A stretch of 64,000 nucleotides of DNA, from the IMG/VR virus record IMGVR_UViG_3300005563_000031, positions 41,785-105,784 of that record; one strand, 5' to 3'. This DNA comes from a virus. A model generated the notes under the pieces. That model had not been told where the DNA came from. It was given only the letters and a program-made list of their open reading frames with translations, and ran no database searches. How positions within the stretch are numbered: the stretch's first letter is position 1; each line of letters opens with the position of its first letter. The position numbers were made by a program, and so were the translations under genes. Shown here piece after piece: positions 20,771 through 30,139 of the stretch.

Positions 20771-23491
20771 CTACGGGCTCGTATCCCAATTGCCCGGCGG
20801 CAATTTGTTAGTCCCACCGTTATTGCTGTTGACCAAACTAATCATATCGGTGTACTTCATACAGAACCGCGTTGCGTAAACCCAGATCATCACCTGACAC
20901 CCAAGCCCCGTATGCGCCGGTCGACTACCCGAGGCGGGGATTGCAATCCGAGTCATCACATCATTCCAAATAGCTTGGAAGTTGTTGTTGGTTGAAGTAC
21001 CGAGCGGCGGCGGGCAGTTTGCGCCCGTACCGGCACCGATGCCAGGACCTTCCGTATTACCTATCAAAAACACCGTGTCTCGAATATCGCCCAATGTGCC
21101 TGTAAGCCCCGTAAGCACGTTGAGGAACGTCGTGTACCACGCGTTGACATTCCCATGCACACCAAACAATGGGGTATCCGGTCCACCGTACCCAAACTTA
21201 GCGGGGTAAGCGTTCTGCAACGTAGTAACAAGGGTTTGGTTTGCAGACGCATCGGCCGTGCCGGCCATGTACGAAGCCGGACACCAAATAAGTCCTTTGT
21301 AATTGGTGTTAGCCGCCATCGTAAGATGCATGTTGATAAAGCGGGTGTTGTAGTTGGTTTGGTCACAAATCGCGTGCCCATTAATATCTACAACAGCCGC
21401 AATCGACTCGTCACCCGTAGCGATTATGTCAACTCGATTATCGGTATCGAGGTCGTGTACGGCTTGCAATACCCCCGCCCACATCTCATCGAGCGCATTC
21501 CATATCGCCACGTTGTCATAATCAAGCTGTTCGCGTGCGTTGGAATTGGTCTGGAAGAACAACTTCATCCAGTTCGTCGGCATCCAAGCGGGCCAGTAGC
21601 TCGAATCGGGCATCTTCATCTTGCCGAGGTAATACGTAGATCCCACCGCTCCCCAACTGCCGGTAATCGTGACGTTGTTGCCTGAGATCGCAGTGACGGG
21701 CTTAAGCGAGCCACCCGTGTTGCACTGTAACCACCCCGAACCCACCGACGTGGTGCCGTTCGGAGTAAGGGTAGCGGTGCTACCTGCAACTGAGGCAATC
21801 GTGCCTGACTGCTGGGATGGAAACGCGCCTTGCCAGAACTTAATAGTTAAATAAATCTTCTTCGACGTTATCGCCCGCAACCGGCCGAGAATATCCGATA
21901 GGTAACTTCTGAAGTTGACAAACGTTTGCGCACCGCTCGTAAGCGTGGCGTCTGAAATAGAAACCCACGGGAATATGATAACAACACGGTTGAACAAATT
22001 AGCCGTGTTGGCAATGGTCGGAAGCGCTACATTGAGCTGCGTGGACTGATTTCCCGGCCAGGCATCGTGATTGTCGAACCAGAACCCGTGCCCCGGATGA
22101 ATTTTCGTACCGTTACCCCCGCCGCCGCTCGCCGGTTGTTTCGGTACGATGGGTAAATTGGGGCTAAGATCGGATACGTTGTTATTCGCATCGATCGCGC
22201 GCAATTGCACGTTTACAGCGGAAGCGGACACGGCCGTAAATGTCGTATTGTAGGATTGTTTTGTGGTCGTTATGCCCACTTCCTCAATATTGGCACTAAC
22301 AGCATTGCCAGCAGAAGTAGAGGTGAGGAATAATCCGACATTTACCGTCGCGTTCATCGTAACGACTTGCGTCGTGATCGACGTGCTACCATTCTCAGTT
22401 AACGAGTAGGAGATAGTCAGCGTCTTATTATCCGCTGCACGAATGATCTTAACGTAAACGGGACCTACGATAGGCTGACCGTTCGAATCATTGACAACCG
22501 TAACAGGCGTAGTGGTCGCAGTCCCCGCCGTAACGCGTGTGATGACTTTTAAGCCCACTGTGCCGTCCGATGGACCCATGCCCACCGCACACAATCGCCC
22601 GCCCGCTACGGCTGTCTCATGGATGATGATGCCCGCCAGCGCATTCGTAGCTCCGCCCGCCGTGTAGTTGTCAATCTGCGCAACGAGCTGAAATGCTCCC
22701 GTAAACTGCCCGAAGTTGAGGAACAATATTTGTTCGCTTGTCGTGGCTGTAATGCCTGTGCCGGCGCACGACAGCTGCCACACCTTGCCGTTTTGGTTGT
22801 ATCCGGGAACTGCCGGGCTCGTAATGTTGCCAATGTTCACGCCCGTCGGACCGCCGAGCGGGTTTGATACCGTAACGATAGGACTCGGGGGTGCAACGAC
22901 GTTACCGCCTACGAGCACATCGACGTGTGCGCTGCCCGACGGGGAAGCGCCGGGCGGTGCAATGTCACACGGTGCATCAAATGTTAAATTGATACTGTAA
23001 TCCGCTGTGCCTTGCGAAGCCACAATAGTAGTTGGCGTCGTAGGCGCAACTGTATCAGTTACAGGCCCCGTATTAACAACGTTGAAGCTAAGAAGCGGCG
23101 ACAACTTAGCCGTAACACCATTCGTTACTGCAACGAGCTGAAAACTACCCGCAACGGGTAACGTGCAACTGTTTGTCAGCTTGTAGGGATCTACACTCGT
23201 GCCGCTACCGCTGATTGCAAAACCGGACGGGCGCGGCAAATCGCCCGTCGCATGTGCAAAGCCAAATTCAAGCGTGGTGGGTGCGACTGTAGGTAAGTCG
23301 ATGTACGGCGTAAGATCAATGGAAACGGGCACGCCCACTTGCAACGCGCCGAGCTGTACGTTTAAGTTGGTGCTCGTCGTCCCGTCCCACGTTACAAACT
23401 GATCGGAATTATCTGCACCGGTAAGGAAATCGCTCCGTATATAGCCTGTGGGAGTAAGTACAATGGTTTCATTCTGCAGTCCAAAGCTCAC
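20771..23491 (-). CDS. large virion protein: Fn3-like + lectin-like + putative glycoside hydrolase barrel
   Basis: GTG start with AGGGAG; DTVAPTTP..RAIDANNNVS; VGLFLTS lectin; HPGH/GDES/GGPD motifs. Confidence 0.7.
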   Translation of the reverse strand: MSFGLQNETIVLTPTGYIRSDFLTGADNSDQFVTWDGTTSTNLNVQLGALQVGVPVSIDLTPYIDLPTVAPTTLEFGFAHATGDLPRPSGFAISGSGTSVDPYKLTNSCTLPVAGSFQLVAVTNGVTAKLSPLLSFNVVNTGPVTDTVAPTTPTTIVASQGTADYSINLTFDAPCDIAPPGASPSGSAHVDVLVGGNVVAPPSPIVTVSNPLGGPTGVNIGNITSPAVPGYNQNGKVWQLSCAGTGITATTSEQILFLNFGQFTGAFQLVAQIDNYTAGGATNALAGIIIHETAVAGGRLCAVGMGPSDGTVGLKVITRVTAGTATTTPVTVVNDSNGQPIVGPVYVKIIRAADNKTLTISYSLTENGSTSITTQVVTMNATVNVGLFLTSTSAGNAVSANIEEVGITTTKQSYNTTFTAVSASAVNVQLRAIDANNNVSDLSPNLPIVPKQPASGGGGNGTKIHPGHGFWFDNHDAWPGNQSTQLNVALPTIANTANLFNRVVIIFPWVSISDATLTSGAQTFVNFRSYLSDILGRLRAITSKKIYLTIKFWQGAFPSQQSGTIASVAGSTATLTPNGTTSVGSGWLQCNTGGSLKPVTAISGNNVTITGSWGAVGSTYYLGKMKMPDSSYWPAWMPTNWMKLFFQTNSNAREQLDYDNVAIWNALDEMWAGVLQAVHDLDTDNRVDIIATGDESIAAVVDINGHAICDQTNYNTRFINMHLTMAANTNYKGLIWCPASYMAGTADASANQTLVTTLQNAYPAKFGYGGPDTPLFGVHGNVNAWYTTFLNVLTGLTGTLGDIRDTVFLIGNTEGPGIGAGTGANCPPPLGTSTNNNFQAIWNDVMTRIAIPASGSRPAHTGLGCQVMIWVYATRFCMKYTDMISLVNSNNGGTNKLPPGNWDTSP

Positions 23492-24093
23492 AGCAGTATG
23501 CTCCCTATAACAATAGGTTGATCCACCGACCACCAGTTATTCATAAACTGGCTAATAGGCAGCTTATCTTGTGTAAAACGACAGCGGTAAAAGAAACCAC
23601 CCGTCCACGTTATCGCGGCATTGTTGGCAGGAGCTGAAGCAAACGTGATAATGCCCGAAGGACCCACGCTCGCTGAAGTAATCACACCATTGACTTTGAA
23701 TACAGGCGTGCCGTTAAAATTCTGAATAATGTCGGCCCGGCCCGGCCCGCCCGCATTATGGAAGTTGGCAATTGTTTGAAAGTCCTTGTTGCTCCCGTCG
23801 CCCACTCCCATCGGCTCGTCTACCACGGTGTTGAACGTAGGATCATTGTAGAGAAAGGAATCAAACTGGCCGCCATGTTGGTTAAAAAACCCGGTAATTT
23901 CCTTGTAGTCGGAGGGTGTTTGGTCGTCGCGTAATAAATCGTAGGTAAACTCCCACTCGTACAATGCGTATTGCTGCAATGAAAGCGTAGCCGTTTTCGT
24001 CGACAAGGCGTTGGCGACCAACGTATTCCATTTCACACGCCGCACAACGGGGAATTCCAACCCCCGCAATACCGGGTAAGCTAAATTACTCAC
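23488..24093 (-). CDS. DUF2460 distal tail protein (Dit)
   Basis: follows TMP; FLYNDP..GVGDG..TWTGGFFYRCRF. Confidence 0.85.
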   Translation of the reverse strand: MSNLAYPVLRGLEFPVVRRVKWNTLVANALSTKTATLSLQQYALYEWEFTYDLLRDDQTPSDYKEITGFFNQHGGQFDSFLYNDPTFNTVVDEPMGVGDGSNKDFQTIANFHNAGGPGRADIIQNFNGTPVFKVNGVITSASVGPSGIITFASAPANNAAITWTGGFFYRCRFTQDKLPISQFMNNWWSVDQPIVIGSILL

Positions 24094-26555
24094 CTACGGC
24101 TCCCAAACTTGTTGCGATTGTTGGCTTCTTGTATGAGCCCTACGAGATCACCGCGCTTCACAAGTAAATGGTCGTCACTTACCGCTTGCGCGTTAATCGA
24201 GAAACCGCCCCGACTGCGCGGCTGTCGCCCGTTTGGATTATTGTCGCCGCCTGAGGAATAGCTGTTAACGAGGTTTGTGAGTCCCTCATTAAAGCGCGCA
24301 GGAAGAATCTTCTCGTCCTTGTGCACTTCTGCAATCATATCGTGCGGCACTTCGTAACCGCCGGCAGCGGAGGCGAGTGCTGCGTAACTCAACGCCTCCG
24401 CATATGTCGCCGCCCCCACTTCAGGCGCCAACGCCCAACCGTAAATCGGAATAGCAGCCACAGAACCCATGGCCGCCGTCGCGGCTACGGCGGCATTAGA
24501 AGCGGCGGATGCGGAAGCCGTCGTATCCTGCACAGCTGCCACGATGATGTATTGTGCAATCGCTTTCACCGCCCACTCTACAAACATCTCGATCAATGCA
24601 TCGATAACCGCGCGCAAAATATTGCGCATGCCGTCGGCAAACGTCATCGTGCCCTCTATCATGCCAGACAATGACGACGACAACGAGGAACGCAGCGCGT
24701 TCGTTAACGTACTCCATTCTTGCTCAATTCGTTTAGCCAACTCCTGGCGCGAACGCAACACAGATTGTTTGTAGTTGTTCTCAGCTTTTATGGCCGCCTG
24801 AGCTGCCGCGTTCTGTGCCTTTAAATCATCGCCCGCAAGTGCCTTAAGCGCAGCCGCGTTGCGTTTTTCGGCCGCGAGCTTCTCATTAGCCAGCGCGATT
24901 TCTTGGGAGTAGGCTTCGCGCGCTGACAGTTCCTGCGCGGCGTAGGCGGATTTAACAGCTACCGTCTCAAGACTCAAATCGTTGAGGCGTTGTTCGAGTT
25001 GGTTTTTGGAACTCTCTTCCAACAACCCCGTTGCCTCATCGATATCGTCAACCGCGCTTTGTAACTCGCGTTTCTCTTCGGTAGTAAAGTCGATATCCGA
25101 CTGCAATCGACCGTTGTTGACTTGTTGCTGAATATTCAGCATCTGGTCTTCGGTCGACTCAAAGAAACGCTTACGTTCCTCTTGTAACTCGCGCTCCGCT
25201 GCCAGCACCTGTGTATTTGCCGCCCGGACCGCCGCTACGTTTCCTGTGTAGGTCGCTGCCACATCCGTTGCATATTTACGCAACGCAGACAGCCGCGCCT
25301 CGGTGCCCGCTTTAAACTCCGCAAGCCCCGCCGCCTCACTCGCCAACTCCTGCGCTGACAGTGCCTTTCGTACTGCACCGCCTTTCTCATCGGCCACTTC
25401 CTTTAATGCTTCAGCCGCTTCGTGTTGGGCGGCAGACACTACTTCGCGCGATGCATCAGCCGCAGCGGCGCGCTCCTTGTCTGTCATCGCAGCTTGGCGA
25501 CGATCCGCATCACGCCCAGCCGCTGCTTCTTTAGCGGATTCCTCCGCTGCCAACTGCGCCGCAAAACCGGTATCAGTTTTACCGCTACCCTCACCCCCAC
25601 CACCTACACCTGCTTTCTTATCCGCTTGCGCTTCATCCTCATGCACGAGGTGCGAGAGATCTAACTCACCCAAATCCTTTCTAAAGTCGTTAAGCCCCCG
25701 CAAACCCTGACCAATAAAAACTAACGTTTTTTCCCAAAAGTTAGTCATCTGCGTTTCGAGGCGCTCATACTCGGCGTGCATTTTCTTAAGGTCTGTGATC
25801 TGCTCCTCTGTCAGACCATTAACCGCGCGCATCTTCTCACTAACACCCGCTGCGGAACCATCAAACTCCTTAAACACCTCCGCTGCGAGCGCGCCACGAA
25901 TACCGAAGACTTCGAGGATGGCATTGGTTTCCTCGGTGGAAGTTCCCGCCTCCTCCATGCGCCGATGGATGGTTTCGAGCGCTTCAGCGGTCCCGAAGGA
26001 ACCGTTTGTGATCTGCTCGTTTGTGATACCGAGCAAATGCAACTTGTCTTGTGCTTCCGCTGCGCCGTTGCGTGCTTGCTGCAACATCAACACGAGCCGG
26101 TCGACTGCCCGATCAACTACGCCCATCGACACGCCCGTTTCCTCAGCCGCTGCCGACAGCGCTTGGTACTGGTCAGTCGTTATGCGCGCGATGCTGGCCA
26201 TATCTTCCATATGGTCAGCACGTTCTGTTAATTCTCCTATCTTCTCAACCAACCGCTCAACGTACTCGTAGATAAACGCAAAGCCGGTTATTTCCTTCAA
26301 CTCGTCAAAGTCGCGCTTAATCCCCTCCAGCGTCTCGCCGATGTTGACGCCTTCCTCGTGTATGTGCTCAGCCGCTTCGTGTACTTCCTCCGCCACGTGC
26401 TGCTGCGACTCGGCCACTTTTTCAGAGGCCGCCGTCGCGCCTTCAATCATCTTCGAGAACGCTTCGTCGGAGCTATCCTTTACCTCGCCAAGCGCACTGT
26501 TGATCCCGCTAAAGTCGGCGGTCCAGTTAGTTTGGATATTATCGTCTGCTGCCAT
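24090..26555 (-). CDS. tape measure protein
   Basis: long Ala/Glu-rich helical ORF after chaperones; SAAGGYEVP..VHKDEKILP. Confidence 0.85.
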   Translation of the reverse strand: MAADDNIQTNWTADFSGINSALGEVKDSSDEAFSKMIEGATAASEKVAESQQHVAEEVHEAAEHIHEEGVNIGETLEGIKRDFDELKEITGFAFIYEYVERLVEKIGELTERADHMEDMASIARITTDQYQALSAAAEETGVSMGVVDRAVDRLVLMLQQARNGAAEAQDKLHLLGITNEQITNGSFGTAEALETIHRRMEEAGTSTEETNAILEVFGIRGALAAEVFKEFDGSAAGVSEKMRAVNGLTEEQITDLKKMHAEYERLETQMTNFWEKTLVFIGQGLRGLNDFRKDLGELDLSHLVHEDEAQADKKAGVGGGGEGSGKTDTGFAAQLAAEESAKEAAAGRDADRRQAAMTDKERAAAADASREVVSAAQHEAAEALKEVADEKGGAVRKALSAQELASEAAGLAEFKAGTEARLSALRKYATDVAATYTGNVAAVRAANTQVLAAERELQEERKRFFESTEDQMLNIQQQVNNGRLQSDIDFTTEEKRELQSAVDDIDEATGLLEESSKNQLEQRLNDLSLETVAVKSAYAAQELSAREAYSQEIALANEKLAAEKRNAAALKALAGDDLKAQNAAAQAAIKAENNYKQSVLRSRQELAKRIEQEWSTLTNALRSSLSSSLSGMIEGTMTFADGMRNILRAVIDALIEMFVEWAVKAIAQYIIVAAVQDTTASASAASNAAVAATAAMGSVAAIPIYGWALAPEVGAATYAEALSYAALASAAGGYEVPHDMIAEVHKDEKILPARFNEGLTNLVNSYSSGGDNNPNGRQPRSRGGFSINAQAVSDDHLLVKRGDLVGLIQEANNRNKFGSRR

Positions 26556-26556
26556 G

Positions 26557-26796
26557 TTAGATAGACACCGGTTTGCTTCTTACATCGCACCCGCCCAATA
26601 AGCTCGACAGCTCATTGAACTCCGAGGCGGTAAATTCCGGCACTTGTTCACGCGGACCGCGCGCCGGCTCATACTTGCCTCTCTTATTGCGCCCTCCAAC
26701 ACCCAGCACAAACGCTTCCACCATTAAGTGCAGCGGCGGATGCTCGCGCCAAAATTCAACCATCGACCAAAACCGGGGGAAAGTCATTTTATCCAC
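26557..26796 (-). CDS. tail assembly chaperone GT-like (frameshift extension)
   Basis: frame open back to ~26876; WTWEEVDKMT motif. Confidence 0.7.
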   Translation of the reverse strand: MDKMTFPRFWSMVEFWREHPPLHLMVEAFVLGVGGRNKRGKYEPARGPREQVPEFTASEFNELSSLLGGCDVRSKPVSI

Positions 26797-26852
26797 TTCC
26801 TCCCACGTCCAGTTAGTCGCCGCAATGACCGTGTTGTAGTAATAGCCCCAAT

Positions 26853-27197
26853 CTAGGGGCTCGTAGGGCGCGATTCATCTCCCTCCTTTTTGCGCAATCC
26901 ATTGGCTGCCGTGAGGGCTTCGAAACAGCGCTTGATGTTGCGTGTATCGAGCGCGTCCATAAACTGGTCAAGTGTGATTGAGGCATCAGCGCGCGAAACA
27001 CTGGCGTGCAACAACTTGCCGAGCGCCTCTTGCCACTCGGGGGAGCCGGGATTTGTACCCCCAAACACAAGATCCCACTCTTTGCGCAAGCGGCGCATCG
27101 CGCCCCAACTGATCGGATAGAACACAAACTTGTGTCCAAAGCCGAGATTCGCCTCGACACCCTCGTCGAGGAACGTATTTTGTTGTTGTGTATCCAT
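26853..27197 (-). CDS. tail assembly chaperone G-like
   Basis: position between tail tube and TMP. Confidence 0.75.
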   Translation of the reverse strand: MDTQQQNTFLDEGVEANLGFGHKFVFYPISWGAMRRLRKEWDLVFGGTNPGSPEWQEALGKLLHASVSRADASITLDQFMDALDTRNIKRCFEALTAANGLRKKEGDESRPTSP

Positions 27198-27226
27198 CTA
27201 ACCGCCCCTGAGAGGGCCTCCTAAGT

Positions 27227-27970
27227 TTAGAACTGCGACAAAGACAACTTCCCAAGGTTGTTGGCCGCGTTCGTGAAGCACGAGAAATCAAACTCCGGGA
27301 TCGACCAATCTGTGTTCTTAAAGTCAAGCGCCAGCTTGTCGCTGATGCACTGGTACAATTCGAGCGTCAGTTGGTTGCCGTTAAACGTGTTGTTCAACAC
27401 CAACTTGAAGATTGGCGCCGTACCCATGAGCTGGTTCGCGAGCAATGCGCTATAGCCGCCGGTCGCGGTCGTGTAGGTATAGGAAATGAGCACGACCTGC
27501 CCGGTGTCCACCGAGGCAAACGTGTAGACACCCGTCGAGGCGTTCACGGAGTACTGCCCAGTGATAGGGCCGCTCGCGACACGCTGCAACACGACACCGG
27601 TGGCGGAGTTGACTACGCCACCATCATCCAAAAATACACCGCTACCGGGCGGCGCGATCGTAACCTGGAATGGCGTCGTGGGAATCGGGTGCGATTCCGA
27701 CACCGCCATGTTGGAGACACCGGCCACCGGAGTAACACCAAAATAGATCTGGTTGAAGAAGTTAGCCGAGAAGCTCGCCGCCTTTGCCTTGCCGGAGACC
27801 TTCGCCGGACCACGACCGACCGCCACCGGGTATTGGTATTGTCCGGTCAGCTCTTTGTTGGTCGTGCTGAAGTCAACCGAGATGTCCTGCAGCGTTCCGA
27901 ACTGCTGCGGCGTGCCACCACTGGAGGGCAACGCGAGGACCGTGCCTGCTCCAAATACAAACTGTCCCAT
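27227..27970 (-). CDS. major tail tube protein
   Basis: FGTLQDISVDF..KEL.GQYQYPVAVGRG; synteny. Confidence 0.85.
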   Translation of the reverse strand: MGQFVFGAGTVLALPSSGGTPQQFGTLQDISVDFSTTNKELTGQYQYPVAVGRGPAKVSGKAKAASFSANFFNQIYFGVTPVAGVSNMAVSESHPIPTTPFQVTIAPPGSGVFLDDGGVVNSATGVVLQRVASGPITGQYSVNASTGVYTFASVDTGQVVLISYTYTTATGGYSALLANQLMGTAPIFKLVLNNTFNGNQLTLELYQCISDKLALDFKNTDWSIPEFDFSCFTNAANNLGKLSLSQF

Positions 27971-27996
27971 ACATCACCATCCTTGGTTAATCAAAC

Positions 27997-28458
27997 TCAC
28001 TGTGGAGATTGGATCTCCACAGGCATCCTTGCAATCGCCTGGCTTTGCGACAAGAAACCTAGCGAGATTTCCGCCGGACCGCTCAACGAGCAGTAGTTAA
28101 CCAGACCGCCTAGCGTGTTCTTTAAACCGATACACGGATTCACGCCGCCGTTAGGACCACCGGGGCCAATCATGTATTCGACCCCATCCATTATCACGGC
28201 AAGATCGCGTCCGCCCTGTTCCAACGAATCCGTCCACCGCACGTACACGTACAAGTCAACGGACAACGTGTAGAGTACAGGAAAACCGAGCTTGTAGACC
28301 GCATTTTCGCGCATCGGTACAACATAAATTGCCGGCTGTTGGTGCGCCGTAACCCAATCTACGAATCCGCGACTAACAACCTGTACATTGTAGGGCGGTT
28401 TGTTGACCAGTTCCGCGAGCTGCGCAGTCAACGCGGTATAGATCGCATCACGACGCAC
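27997..28458 (-). CDS. tail terminator/completion protein
   Basis: GGAGGT+GTG start; synteny. Confidence 0.7.
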   Translation of the reverse strand: MRRDAIYTALTAQLAELVNKPPYNVQVVSRGFVDWVTAHQQPAIYVVPMRENAVYKLGFPVLYTLSVDLYVYVRWTDSLEQGGRDLAVIMDGVEYMIGPGGPNGGVNPCIGLKNTLGGLVNYCSLSGPAEISLGFLSQSQAIARMPVEIQSPQ

Positions 28459-28957
28459 CAATAACCTCCCGCGTCGCTGCGCGCAGTTTCGATTCCACAG
28501 CAGCTTTGTTCTCATCCGCTGAGGTGCGCAGGAAGGAACGCTGCGGGAATGTAGCTTGGTGTGGACGCACAGCCACAAGTGTTGGTATCATCGGACGACC
28601 AAACGCCATTGTTTGCGTCCGGAAGTGGCCGGGAATGTTGAATACGCCGCCGAACTCGTGCACGCCCGCATAAGGTATTCCCTTAACACCCACTTGTCCT
28701 ACAATCTGCTCGTCGGTCTCGGACACAATCTGCCCGGTTACGGCGCGAGAAAGTGCACCCGTACGGTGGTTGAGTACCTGCCCTTGCAACTTGTTGAGGC
28801 GCACGTATTCAGAAACGCGCCGCATCTCACCCTCAAGCGCCGCACGCACGTGCTCTTTCATCGCGCCGTAGATGTTAGGACCGCGAGCCAGTGCCTCCTC
28901 ACGCCCAATCAATGTAAACGTAACATCGCCGGCCGTAATGATTTGTTCTGAAGCCAC
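28448..28957 (-). CDS. neck/virion morphogenesis protein (HK97 gp10-like)
   Basis: RTGAL..PYAGVHEFGG..PQRSFLR. Confidence 0.8.
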   Translation of the reverse strand: MASEQIITAGDVTFTLIGREEALARGPNIYGAMKEHVRAALEGEMRRVSEYVRLNKLQGQVLNHRTGALSRAVTGQIVSETDEQIVGQVGVKGIPYAGVHEFGGVFNIPGHFRTQTMAFGRPMIPTLVAVRPHQATFPQRSFLRTSADENKAAVESKLRAATREVIGAS

Positions 28958-28959
28958 GG

Positions 28960-29604
28960 CTACAGCGCCCAGCCCGCTTGATCTTTATAAGGCTGCAACA
29001 TAGCGAGCGTACGGTTACTCATGCCCCAATTTAAGTCGCCTGTGTCAAACGTCGTCGTTTCGCCCGCGAGGGCGTTGGATTTGAGCAGTAAATTGTTGGA
29101 CGAGCGCATCACTTCCATTACGTACTGGCAACAGGCCTGCGCCAACCCGCCTGGCACATTATCAACACCGTTGTAGCCTGCCGTGTAGGCAATCGACAGC
29201 GCGCCGGGGTTCATCGTTTGCACACCAAAGAACTTAATCGCACGCGGCTCCAAGGTGTCTTCCACCCACGCACCCCAATTACCACCCATAACTTGGTCGG
29301 GTGTTATGATCGGGATACTATTGCCGCTACCGGTGCTGATTGAGGTGATCGATACAATCGGGTAATTGCGTAGCACGAGCGTCCACATGCGGTCTTGGAA
29401 AAAGCGCCGGGCCGCGCCGCCGGTGAAACGCAGTTCAGAAAACGGCAGAACTTCGCCTAAATTCGCACGCGAGCAATGTCGGCCGATGAGTTCGCTGCAT
29501 CGACCGATGAGGACTTGAATCTGCTTATCGTCAGCGGTGGCTTTGTTGTTTCCGGCGTAGGCCCACGCCTTTACAGCGTCCACCGTTGTGAGCGGTGCAT
29601 ACAC
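28960..29604 (-). CDS. head-tail connector (adaptor) protein
   Basis: LTT..VK, YPIVSI, YTAGY..VP..LAQAC, LQPY. Confidence 0.8.
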   Translation of the reverse strand: MYAPLTTVDAVKAWAYAGNNKATADDKQIQVLIGRCSELIGRHCSRANLGEVLPFSELRFTGGAARRFFQDRMWTLVLRNYPIVSITSISTGSGNSIPIITPDQVMGGNWGAWVEDTLEPRAIKFFGVQTMNPGALSIAYTAGYNGVDNVPGGLAQACCQYVMEVMRSSNNLLLKSNALAGETTTFDTGDLNWGMSNRTLAMLQPYKDQAGWAL

Positions 29605-29607
29605 ACG

Positions 29608-30006
29608 TTACTCGTTATTAGAGCCCGCTGTAGCCAACCGCACCCGGCCCCCAGCCGATGTACCGGCCGGCGCCGAAGTCTGCACGTTGGCAAGCTGCGC
29701 GCGTGCGGCATCGTTGAGCCGCTCCTGCTGTGCCTTGCGCGCCGCTTCGAGGTTCTTGCGCTTCGTCCCAAGGTCATTTTCCGCCGCTTCGAGCTGCTGG
29801 TGCAGTGCGTTCACCGCGCCCTCTTGCTGGTCGACTTCATCCTCGAGGTCCTGCAAGCTCGGCGCGCGGGTAGCGCCGTGCGAATCACGCAGCATGCTGA
29901 AATGCTGATCGGGAATGAGGAAACAGCCTTCCGCGTCCGGATTGTAAGTAACACCCTCGAGAGAAATTTGGTTATGCCCCTTAGGCATCCGAATTCGTGT
30001 TGACAT
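29608..30006 (-). CDS. hypothetical coiled-coil head-associated protein
   Basis: ORF after MCP. Confidence 0.7.
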   Translation of the reverse strand: MSTRIRMPKGHNQISLEGVTYNPDAEGCFLIPDQHFSMLRDSHGATRAPSLQDLEDEVDQQEGAVNALHQQLEAAENDLGTKRKNLEAARKAQQERLNDAARAQLANVQTSAPAGTSAGGRVRLATAGSNNE

Positions 30007-30038
30007 CTTGTTGGTCCTACTTTTGGCGATAGCAAAAC

Positions 30039-30097
30039 TAAAAAGAGGGCGGAAGGGTACTAGCTATCGCCAGAAAACTAGAACTCGCCTTCCGCCC
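30039..30097 (-). terminator. terminator downstream of MCP
   Basis: GGGCGGAAGG/CCTTCCGCCC followed by TCTTTTT. Confidence 0.6.
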
Positions 30098-30139
30098 AAC
30101 TCTCAGGGGACCACCCCTACTCCCACTCGCAGACAGCTA

